A stretch of DNA of 64,000 bases from the NCBI GenBank assembly GCA_037189525.1, contig JBBCJC010000005.1, forward strand, positions 32,001 through 96,000, in the 5' to 3' direction. This document shows positions 29,876 through 39,207 of the stretch, piece after piece (within the stretch, counting starts at the first letter, position 1; every line of letters starts with the position of its first letter). The notes under the pieces were generated by a model. The model saw nothing but the letters and a program-made list of their open reading frames with translations. It did not search any database and was not told the DNA's origin. The position numbers and the translations under genes are program-made. The DNA is from Gemmatimonadales bacterium (GTDB lineage Bacteria > Gemmatimonadota > Gemmatimonadetes > Gemmatimonadales > GWC2-71-9).

Positions 29876-30348
29876 GAGATGGACACCGGCGGCGGAGCGC
29901 TCGCTGCGTCGCCGGTGTCGACTGCACAGGCCGAGCACTGACAGCGTGCCGCCGCGCGAACCAGAGCGCGGTTCCGCAGATGGGCCGCGATCAGCGCCGC
30001 TCCTCCGAGCGCCCCGGAGACCATTTCCCATTCGGCGTTGACCGCGAGCCCATGGCCAAGCGCCATGATCACGACGCCCACGACACCAAGGATCAGGGCC
30101 TCGAACCGGCGATGCCGGACGACACCAGCCCCCAATGCCGCCATCGCAATGACCGCGGCGACCCCGACAAAAGCCCACCCGAGCGCCGGATCTTCCAACC
30201 AGGCAACCCCGGCAGCGGGGACCATCAACATCAAGAGCGGCGGCGCCACACAGTGGATGACACAAACGGCAGATACACCGACCCCGGCCAGATCCCATTG
30301 GCCGATGGTGCGGGATCGATTCGAAGACGAAAGTAGAGGCTGCGACAT
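29848..30348 (-). CDS. MerC-family membrane protein
   Basis: WDLAGVGVSAVCVIHC, RHR and AAHLRN...CQC motifs, with 4 TM helices. Confidence 0.75.
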   Translation of the reverse strand: MSQPLLSSSNRSRTIGQWDLAGVGVSAVCVIHCVAPPLLMLMVPAAGVAWLEDPALGWAFVGVAAVIAMAALGAGVVRHRRFEALILGVVGVVIMALGHGLAVNAEWEMVSGALGGAALIAAHLRNRALVRAAARCQCSACAVDTGDAASAPPPVSISQGSSAVGP

Positions 30349-30349
30349 A

Positions 30350-30369
30350 AGTGATAACAATTTATCACT
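30350..30369. promoter_or_regulatory. Palindromic operator at the start of the MerC-like gene
   Basis: AGTGATAA-CAAT-TTATCACT perfect 8-4-8 inverted repeat, AT-rich, directly before the ATG. Confidence 0.6.
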
Positions 30370-30427
30370 AAGGACTGCGATCGCGCTACCCCCCAGTCCG
30401 ATTCGAGCCGAGGGGCGACGGAAGGGA

Positions 30428-30823
30428 CTAGAGGACGTCGGGATCGGGCGGAACGGGGATGTTGGCCGGCCTGGGAGTCGGAGGTCCCACCCGCCGCAGG
30501 GTGATTGGTTCGGGCAGGTCGCCGCCGGAGAGGGTCAGCCGCTGGCCGCGAACGCGGAGCGAATAGACCTCCCACTCCCCGCCGAGGGCGATCATGATCT
30601 GATCAGATCGGAGCCTCCAGCGGACTGTCTCTTTTCCCCATGAAGCGCTCGAATCGGGTCGGATGACGACCGTTTTGGGCCCTTCTGCCTTGACCTTACC
30701 CTTTTCGAGTTCCCAGGTACCGGACACTGCCGGCCCCTGGTTCTGAGCCGGGGTCTGGCCCTGCAGCGTCGGTACGTAGGCAACCAGCATCGCGCCGGCA
30801 ACGACCGTGAACCATCGATTCAT
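30428..30823 (-). CDS. Hypothetical exported beta-rich protein
   Basis: GAGGAG SD, signal peptide, VSGTWEL motif (lipocalin-like/DUF5640-like). Confidence 0.6.
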   Translation of the reverse strand: MNRWFTVVAGAMLVAYVPTLQGQTPAQNQGPAVSGTWELEKGKVKAEGPKTVVIRPDSSASWGKETVRWRLRSDQIMIALGGEWEVYSLRVRGQRLTLSGGDLPEPITLRRVGPPTPRPANIPVPPDPDVL

Positions 30824-30902
30824 CTTCGCACTCCTCTCGACTCGTCTATCCTGCCGCCCGAAAAATAATGCCGCGCGGGCCTCGAGACAGGCTGCTGATC
30901 CC

Positions 30903-30936
30903 AAAAAGAAGGGGCCGACGCGAGCCGGCCCCTTCT
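30903..30936 (-). terminator. Rho-independent terminator of groESL
   Basis: 11-bp stem AGAAGGGGCCG/CGGCCCCTTCT, followed by a T run on the minus strand. Confidence 0.8.
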
Positions 30937-30999
30937 CACCTACTGCGTCATCGCGATGCGGAGTTCCGGACGTGACCGTCCAGTCTCCGCGCCGGCGAC

Positions 31000-32655
<1,656 letters not shown>

Positions 32656-32958
32656 TTAGCCGAGCTTGGCGAGAATGTCGGAGGCCTTGATGATGACGAC
32701 CTCGTGCCCATCGAGCGTGATGTTGGTGCCGCTGTACTTGCCGTAGAGCACCTTGTCACCGACCTTGACCTCGACCGGAACCCGCTCGCCCTTTTCGAAC
32801 CGCCCGGGCCCGACCGCCACGACCTCTCCCTGCGTCGGCTTTTCCTTGGCGGTGTCCGGGATGTACAACCCGCCCCGCATGGTTTCGCCTTCTTCGTCCG
32901 GGCTCACGACCACTCGGTCCTCGAGGGGCGAGATCTTGAGCTTGCTCTTCGACGCCAT
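32656..32958 (-). CDS. groS: Co-chaperonin GroES
   Basis: [21 protein letters not shown] and [14 protein letters not shown] motifs. Confidence 0.98.
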   Translation of the reverse strand: MASKSKLKISPLEDRVVVSPDEEGETMRGGLYIPDTAKEKPTQGEVVAVGPGRFEKGERVPVEVKVGDKVLYGKYSGTNITLDGHEVVIIKASDILAKLG

Positions 32959-33009
32959 CAGTTCCCCCAGCTTCGTTGACTGTTACGTAAGTTAAATCTT
33001 ACCAAATAG

Positions 33010-33036
33010 TTAGCACTCTAATGGCGAGAGTGCTAA
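33010..33036. promoter_or_regulatory. CIRCE operator (HrcA site), perfect consensus
   Basis: TTAGCACTC-N9-GAGTGCTAA. Confidence 0.95.
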
Positions 33037-33047
33037 CGCAGGACATG

Positions 33048-33075
33048 AAGATAAGCCTGGCCGTCTGCCGGTCAA
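33048..33075 (-). promoter_or_regulatory. Sigma70-type groESL promoter
   Basis: TTGACC-16 nt-TATCTT, lying between the two CIRCEs. Confidence 0.6.
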
Positions 33076-33088
33076 GCCAGACATGCGG

Positions 33089-33115
33089 TTGGCACTCGAG
33101 CAACCCGAGTGCCAA
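33089..33115. promoter_or_regulatory. Second CIRCE operator (variant)
   Basis: TTGGCACTC-N9-GAGTGCCAA, with symmetric compensatory changes. Confidence 0.9.
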
Positions 33116-33202
33116 CCGATTCGGCCGAAATGGCAGAACAGGTCGAGGGGCGACAATAACCACTGCCGCCCCCGAGGATCGTCAGTCTGTCGAATGGGCA
33201 GG

Positions 33203-34096
33203 TTACCAATCGAAGCGCACTTCGATGCCGAGATACTCGGCGGCTTGGCCGTAGAACTGCCGCTGCGGCGTGGTCCCGTGGAGTCCGACCAGCGAGACCC
33301 CGAGCCGGCGACCTTCCCGATCGAGTTCGAAACCGGCGCGTCCCGTGGTGGTGACTTGCCAGTCGACGAACGCATGACTCTCCCACCAGACCCCGAGCAC
33401 CGGGCGCACGCGCGCGCCACCCCAGGCGCCCAGATCGCCGCGGTAGTCGAGGGCCGCGCCAGCGCCGCCCCCGGGCACGTCGGGACGGGTGGACAGCGCC
33501 TGCGATCCCGTCAGATGGATCGCAAATGGTCCCAGTTCACGCCGGATCCAGAGCGCGGCAAACTCACGCGTCCAGTCGAGCCGACGGACCGGAAATCGTT
33601 CCGCATACTCGTCACCCAGATGGCTGCTCTCATGGAGAAGTTCGGCAGTGACGCGCCACGGTCCCCGATGCCAGATCCCGTGAATGCCTCCCAGCCAATC
33701 GTGGCTGATCAGCGCGGTGCGCGGATCTTCGAGACTGAAACGCGCGCTGACTTGCGCCACCAGCCCGACCGTGAACGGTCGCCTGCCATTCCCGAACGCC
33801 AGCAAGGGGAATGACTTGCCGAGGGTAACCTCGACCTCCTTCTCCTCCCCGAACCGCGACTCCGCCGCGGTACTCCGCACCAGCCGACCGGCCAGGCTGA
33901 GTGGCCGCGTCGCAGCAAGCGGGTACTCGAAACGGTCCACCGACGGCAACCAGCGCACCTGTGCCTGGACCGTACCCGCAACGCCGATCGCGGCCAACGC
34001 GGCGAGAAGGCCCGCCCGGGCGACGATCGCGGTCCGGTTGAACCGGGCTGGCCGGTCTGGTAGTTTGCGACGTCGGAGATAGCACCAGCGTTCCAT
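33203..34096 (-). CDS. DUF1207-like outer-membrane beta-barrel protein
   Basis: Signal peptide ending VQAQ, HESSHLGDEY motif, amphipathic strands and C-terminal VRFDW. Start uncertain. Confidence 0.65.
   Translation of the reverse strand: MERWCYLRRRKLPDRPARFNRTAIVARAGLLAALAAIGVAGTVQAQVRWLPSVDRFEYPLAATRPLSLAGRLVRSTAAESRFGEEKEVEVTLGKSFPLLAFGNGRRPFTVGLVAQVSARFSLEDPRTALISHDWLGGIHGIWHRGPWRVTAELLHESSHLGDEYAERFPVRRLDWTREFAALWIRRELGPFAIHLTGSQALSTRPDVPGGGAGAALDYRGDLGAWGGARVRPVLGVWWESHAFVDWQVTTTGRAGFELDREGRRLGVSLVGLHGTTPQRQFYGQAAEYLGIEVRFDW
34038..34066 (+). promoter_or_regulatory. Sigma70-type promoter for the copper-monooxygenase-like gene
   Basis: TTGAAC-17 nt-TAGTTT. Confidence 0.5.
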
Positions 34097-34113
34097 TGGG
34101 AGATCAGTGGCTT

Positions 34114-35169
34114 ATGTGGTTTTCGGTTGTTGCGCTCAGCACAGCATTACTCGCGGTCGACGATCCGCGGGCGACGGTTCACGTCGATTCGTCACGACGC
34201 GAGGTCATCGTCACGGCCGGGCCGTTCGACGTTTCCGCCATGCCGCCGGGCATGACGCACGACGAAATGGAGATGATGGAGGATCATAATACCCCTCTGC
34301 TCCGCTTCGAGTGGCCCGTGGCAGGATGGGTTCGCGGTTTCGACGTCGAAGTTCTCGACGCCAGCGGCAAACTGATCGATCGTCGCATCATTCATCATCT
34401 GATCGGGGTCAATTTCGATCGGCGGCAGTTGTTGTATCCGGCCGTCGAGCGGCTCTTCGGTATCGGCCGCGAAACCGGAGCCATGATGGCGCCGCGTTCC
34501 ATCGGCATCCCCATGACACCCGGCACCAAGCTGGGCATGTACATGGCCTGGCAGAACGAGACCGGAGCCGACCTGTCAGGCATCCAGATTCGCGTCAAGC
34601 TGTCGTACAGCCCGACCAATCTGAATCCGCGCCCGATCGACGCCCTGCCGCTGTACATGGACGTCAACCTCACGGTTGGCGGCTCCAACACGTACGACGT
34701 GCCGGCCGGCACGAGCGAAAAGGCCTACGAGTTCACCATGCCGGTCGACGGACGTCTGCTCGGCTACAGCGGGCACATGCACGACTATGGCGTGGCGGTG
34801 CGTCTCGAAGATGTGGAGAGCGGCCGAGTCCTCGCGAAGACCGATGCCAAGCTCAACAAGGACGGCACCATCACCGGGATGTCCCGCAGCTTGCCGGGTG
34901 TCCGAGGCGATGGAATCCGGCTGCGAGCTGGTCGCAAGTATCGGGTCGTGGGTGTCTACAACAACCCGACCGGCCAGGCCATCGCCAACCATGGCATGGC
35001 GCATATCAGCGGCGTCTTTGCCCCGGATGATTTCAGCAAGTGGCCCACGCTCGACCTGACCGATCCGCTGACGCAGGAAGACATCGCCTCGCTGAACGAG
35101 ATGGGCCAGAACCATCACAAGCATCATCAGGCGGACAACGCTCCGGCTGCTCCGCACCGGCACCACTAG
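34114..35169 (+). CDS. Exported PHM/DBH-like (copper type II monooxygenase fold) protein
   Basis: Signal peptide, IIHHLIG, GHMHDYG and YNN...HGMAH motifs, a Met-rich segment and a His-rich tail. Confidence 0.6.
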   Translation: MWFSVVALSTALLAVDDPRATVHVDSSRREVIVTAGPFDVSAMPPGMTHDEMEMMEDHNTPLLRFEWPVAGWVRGFDVEVLDASGKLIDRRIIHHLIGVNFDRRQLLYPAVERLFGIGRETGAMMAPRSIGIPMTPGTKLGMYMAWQNETGADLSGIQIRVKLSYSPTNLNPRPIDALPLYMDVNLTVGGSNTYDVPAGTSEKAYEFTMPVDGRLLGYSGHMHDYGVAVRLEDVESGRVLAKTDAKLNKDGTITGMSRSLPGVRGDGIRLRAGRKYRVVGVYNNPTGQAIANHGMAHISGVFAPDDFSKWPTLDLTDPLTQEDIASLNEMGQNHHKHHQADNAPAAPHRHH

Positions 35170-35188
35170 CCGCCGGTACGACAACGAC

Positions 35189-35229
35189 AACGGCTCGGGA
35201 ACCCGACAGGTTCCCGAGCCGTTTTGTTT
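35189..35229 (+). terminator. Rho-independent terminator, probably bidirectional
   Basis: 15-bp stem AACGGCTCGGGAACC/GGTTCCCGAGCCGTT followed by a T-rich tail. Confidence 0.8.
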
Positions 35230-35316
35230 GTTGTCCGATCTGGTCGTACAGCACTGGCGGCAGTATATGGGTACTACGCCGGATTCGCGGCTGGCGAGTG
35301 GTCTTCCCGGCCCAGC

Positions 35317-36315
35317 TCAGTACAGACGGCGCGAATCGTTCCAGCGGGCAAACCACCATCGGCCGGCCGGATCATCCGCGGCCAGCCGGCTGATCTGGGT
35401 TCCGCCCGTGGCGCTGTGGATGAACCGACCGTCGCCCACGTAGAGACCGACGTGGGTTACCGGCCCTCCGGGTTCGCGTCCGAACACCAGAATATCTCCC
35501 GGCGCCAGACGAGCCACATCGGTGCCCACCGACCGACCGGCTCCGGCCTGCTCGACGCTTCGGCGCGGCAGCTGCAATCCGGCATTGCCGTAAGCATACT
35601 GAATCAATCCGGAGCAATCGAAGCCGTTGGTATCCGACCCGCCCCAGCGATATGGAGTACCCCGAACAGCCAGCGCAGTCTCGACAGCGTTTGCTGCAAC
35701 CCGCGCAGGACCCGAAACAGTTGCCAGCGACGGCGGAGTCCAGGGCGCCTCGGCCGGCCGCGGCGCCGGCGTACCTGGGCGCGGCGCTGGAGTCGCAGCA
35801 TTCGTCGGACCGGGACGAGTAGCGGTCGCGTTCCCAGCTCGGCGCTGTCCAAGCGGGGCGCCCAGACGAAGCCCCAGCGACACACCTTCGACTCGCCCGC
35901 GGGTGAATTCCTGATAGCGGACTTCAGCACCCAAGCCGACCGGACCGAGCCGTACCAGCTCCGCCCCGGCCCCTGCGGACCAACCGACCCAGCCGGCCAG
36001 GCCCAGCCGGCGCCGCAGATCGAACGGTCCGGCGCTGACACTGCCGACCAGGTACGGCTGCGCCGACGCGGAGAGCGGCACGATCAGGTCGGCGCCGACA
36101 CCAGCCAGCATCGGCCCTTCGCCGCGCGGTCCCTGCGTCGCCACCGTTCCGAAGGGCCGGATCTGCGCCGGGCCAGCGCGGTAGGACCAGATGGAGAGCC
36201 GATACTCGTTGACGCGCGGCGTCCCGAAACCGTGGGCAGCAACCGCGCTGATCGACTGGGCCGCGGTACTGCCGCCGATCGCCGTCAGGAGCAGACCCAT
36301 CGCCGCGGCGCGCAC
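35317..36315 (-). CDS. NlpC/P60 (C40) peptidase with an N-terminal beta-barrel-like domain
   Basis: GTPYRWGG, GFDCSGL and THVGLY..FIHSA motifs, a signal peptide and a Pro/Ala linker. Confidence 0.85.
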   Translation of the reverse strand: MRAAAMGLLLTAIGGSTAAQSISAVAAHGFGTPRVNEYRLSIWSYRAGPAQIRPFGTVATQGPRGEGPMLAGVGADLIVPLSASAQPYLVGSVSAGPFDLRRRLGLAGWVGWSAGAGAELVRLGPVGLGAEVRYQEFTRGRVEGVSLGLRLGAPLGQRRAGNATATRPGPTNAATPAPRPGTPAPRPAEAPWTPPSLATVSGPARVAANAVETALAVRGTPYRWGGSDTNGFDCSGLIQYAYGNAGLQLPRRSVEQAGAGRSVGTDVARLAPGDILVFGREPGGPVTHVGLYVGDGRFIHSATGGTQISRLAADDPAGRWWFARWNDSRRLY

Positions 36316-36714
36316 CTAGCGATCCTCCAGCTTGTACGGCCGTCCGGTGGCCAGTTCGACCCGATAGATCGCCATGACTCGGCAGTGGCGACTCAGTTCG
36401 GCACGGAGGTTGGCACGATCCAGCACGGTGGGCGCCGTCATCACGAAGAGCAGCGGGACTTTCACGGTCGACGTATCGGTCCGGATCTCAACGCTTCGTT
36501 CGAAGCACGCCGTTCCCGCGCTGTCCTGGGCCGGTCGGCCTTCCGCAAGCCAGACGGCATGACCGGACGGCAGCGTCAGAACGAGCGAATCGGCCGGAGC
36601 GGTCTCCTGGGACAGAGCGGTCGTATCGGCTTGCGGGGGCGCCTCCGCCGAGGGCCGGCAGGCCATCGCCAGCAATGCGCAGCAAGCAATCGACCACACA
36701 GGCACCCTTCTCAT
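36316..36714 (-). CDS. Hypothetical lipoprotein
   Basis: LAMAC lipobox. GGAGGAG SD. ATGA overlap. Confidence 0.65.
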   Translation of the reverse strand: MRRVPVWSIACCALLAMACRPSAEAPPQADTTALSQETAPADSLVLTLPSGHAVWLAEGRPAQDSAGTACFERSVEIRTDTSTVKVPLLFVMTAPTVLDRANLRAELSRHCRVMAIYRVELATGRPYKLEDR

Positions 36715-37001
36715 CGCGGCTGCTCCTCCTCGTCCTCCAACGCCACCAGCGGCGTTGCATCGGGCGCCACCTGGAGCGAGTCCTGCAGCCGGGGCGACTT
36801 CCGCAGCAGACGGAGCCAGAGGACCAGCGCAAGCGCCGCGGTCGCCCCACCGGCCACCACGGTGGCAATCAGGTGATGTCTGGAGGACATCGAACTGCCC
36901 AATCGTGACGCGACCCCTGCCCCCAAAAACGAAGCTGCCCACGCCACTACCGGCGTGAGCAGCCATCCGAACAGACGGGCCAGGAATCGGACGAAGGTCA
37001 T
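36711..37001 (-). CDS. Hypothetical small membrane protein
   Basis: Two hydrophobic helices and an acidic tail. Tightly packed within the operon. Confidence 0.6.
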   Translation of the reverse strand: MTFVRFLARLFGWLLTPVVAWAASFLGAGVASRLGSSMSSRHHLIATVVAGGATAALALVLWLRLLRKSPRLQDSLQVAPDATPLVALEDEEEQPR

Positions 37002-37002
37002 T

Positions 37003-37632
37003 TCACCCGCGTCGAGTCCCCAGGGCGGTAATGGCCACGAGCAGGGCGAGTGCCGGCAACACGGCCACCCCAAAGGTTCCGAGACCATACGCAGCGCCAG
37101 GGAAACCGACCAGCACGCCAACCACCATGACGACCGCGGCAAGCACCAGCGTTCCGACGATCAGGGCGACCGGATTCGTGGTGCCGCTCTTGGCTGCCTG
37201 ATTGGCGAGCACCCAGGCGCCGAGCCACGGCAGGTAAGTCCCCACCATCCACCAGACCGGGTGATACCACCAGTTGCTGCCGCCGCCGATTGCCAGCCAG
37301 CGATTGGTGTAGAACCCGAACGGCTGGAACACGATCAGGTCGATCACCAGAAAGACCACCGTAGCCCAGAGCCCGATGCCGGCCGCACCCGAGATCCCTT
37401 CGATGGTCCGCGCCTTGGTCCACAACCCCGGCAACGTGATGGTGATCGCAACGCCGAGCGCCAGGATCGCGCCGAGAACGACGAGCTCGACCACACCGTC
37501 GAGCCGCGGCTGCAAGAGGGCAAAGACGCCGATCAGAACCGACTGAATGACACCAAGTTGGGTGCCGGACCGGAGGACATGCCGAAGCTCGGTATGATCG
37601 GCATCACGGGTTGCCTGAACGGCAGAAGTCAT
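37003..37632 (-). CDS. Hypothetical polytopic membrane protein
   Basis: About 6 TM segments and a Trp-rich loop, YTNRWLAIGGGSNWWYHPVWWM. Confidence 0.7.
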   Translation of the reverse strand: MTSAVQATRDADHTELRHVLRSGTQLGVIQSVLIGVFALLQPRLDGVVELVVLGAILALGVAITITLPGLWTKARTIEGISGAAGIGLWATVVFLVIDLIVFQPFGFYTNRWLAIGGGSNWWYHPVWWMVGTYLPWLGAWVLANQAAKSGTTNPVALIVGTLVLAAVVMVVGVLVGFPGAAYGLGTFGVAVLPALALLVAITALGTRRG

Positions 37633-37673
37633 CGGGGCTCCAACAGATCAAAATTGAGGGAACGTCATGTAAT

Positions 37674-38402
37674 CTAACGGCTTCCGCTGCCCCGAGCCAA
37701 GGCCGCGAGCGTCACCGAGCCGAGCACCGCCGTTCGGACACCGGTCGGTTCCTCGACGATCAGGCGGGCATCGGCGGTGACCCCCATGGCCCGCCCCGCC
37801 ACCGGCTCGACGAGCGCCCGTCCCCTCAACCAATCCCGACTCGAAAACTCCGCCAATTCGGCCTCGGTCAAAGGCCCGGCCCGGCGCCCCGCATCCACGA
37901 CCGCGGCAACGACCGGATCGATCAGGTCGCCCGCCTCGATCCGGCTGCCCAATTCCGAGAGCGCAACGGCGGCGGTTCTGAGTCCCTCCGGAACCGGATT
38001 GGTCACGTTGATCCCGATGCCGACCGCTACCCAGCCCGGGGCGTCACCCAACCAGCGCGCCTCGCAGAGGATACCGCCCAGTTTGCGATCATCGGCGACG
38101 AGGTCGTTAGGCCACTTGATCCCGATCGGGACCGATGGAGCGGCAACCCGTTCCAGGCAGTGCGCCACCTCGAGACCGACCCGGAGGCTCAGTCCCTCGA
38201 CGGCGTTGGCCGCCGGCGGGCGAAGGATGACGGTGAGCCAGAGGCCGCCGCGCGCCGAACGCCATTCCCGGCCTCGGGTACCCCGCCCCGCCTGCTGCTC
38301 GGCGGCCACGACGGCCGTGCCCGCCTCCGCTCCCTCCAGGGCGAGCTGATGCGCCAGGTCCTGGGTGGATTCGAGGATGTCGAAGCGATGGACGGTGGCC
38401 AT
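37674..38402 (-). CDS. birA: Biotin--protein ligase without an HTH domain
   Basis: STQD, QQAGRGTRGREW, KWPND, KLGGILCE and GIGINV motifs. Confidence 0.92.
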   Translation of the reverse strand: MATVHRFDILESTQDLAHQLALEGAEAGTAVVAAEQQAGRGTRGREWRSARGGLWLTVILRPPAANAVEGLSLRVGLEVAHCLERVAAPSVPIGIKWPNDLVADDRKLGGILCEARWLGDAPGWVAVGIGINVTNPVPEGLRTAAVALSELGSRIEAGDLIDPVVAAVVDAGRRAGPLTEAELAEFSSRDWLRGRALVEPVAGRAMGVTADARLIVEEPTGVRTAVLGSVTLAALARGSGSR

Positions 38403-38406
38403 GCGC

Positions 38407-39207
38407 CTAACGTCCGAGCAGGCCGAACCAGACCAGGCAGAAGATCCCGATCGCTGCGCAGTACGGCGCAAAGGAATGGAACCGGCTGCTCTTGAGCAGA
38501 GCGACCAGGAAGCGAATCGCCACGACGCCGGCAACCAGCGCGCTCAGGAAGGCGAGCACCATACCCGGCGAGAATGGATCGAACCCGGGCGGCACATCCC
38601 GCAACTGCAGCACGCCACTGCCGGCGATGACGACGATCGACATCAGGAACGAGAACTCGGCGGCGACCACCGGTTTGACACCGGTCCACAGTGCGACGGC
38701 AATGGTGGTTCCGGAGCGCGAGATCCCGGGAATGATGGCAATGGCCTGCCCGATTCCGATCAGCAACGCCCGCCACGGCGTGATCGGCGCCGACTCGACC
38801 GGGGCGCGCTCGATGGCGTACTTGGTACTCCACAGCAGTCCGGCCGTGATCAGGAACTGCCAGCCAAGCAGCACCGGGGAGTGAAAGGTGCGCTCAAAAA
38901 AATCTTTGAAGACGATGCCGACCACGCCCGCCGGTACCGACGCCAGGAGGATCAACCCCGCGAACCGGAGCGACTGGCGATCGCCGGAGAATATCCCGCG
39001 AAGTAACGCCGCGATCCGAGCGCGATAGGCAATGAACACGGACAGCAGCGTCGCGACGTGGACCACGACTTCGAAGAAGAGTCCTTGCGGCTTGAACCCG
39101 ACGACCCGCTCCGCGAGGACGAGATGACCGGAACTCGAGATCGGCAGAAATTCCGTGAACCCCTGCACCAGGCCAAGAATGAGCCCCTGCCACCACTCCA
39201 ACGTCAT
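38407..39207 (-). CDS. uppP: Undecaprenyl-diphosphate phosphatase
   Basis: GLVQGFTEFLPISSSGHL, PGISRSG and AAEFSF motifs. Confidence 0.95.
   Translation of the reverse strand: MTLEWWQGLILGLVQGFTEFLPISSSGHLVLAERVVGFKPQGLFFEVVVHVATLLSVFIAYRARIAALLRGIFSGDRQSLRFAGLILLASVPAGVVGIVFKDFFERTFHSPVLLGWQFLITAGLLWSTKYAIERAPVESAPITPWRALLIGIGQAIAIIPGISRSGTTIAVALWTGVKPVVAAEFSFLMSIVVIAGSGVLQLRDVPPGFDPFSPGMVLAFLSALVAGVVAIRFLVALLKSSRFHSFAPYCAAIGIFCLVWFGLLGR

Noticed and set aside
29848..30348. Mercury resistance locus
   Set aside because: No merR, merA, merP or merT and no mobile element nearby.
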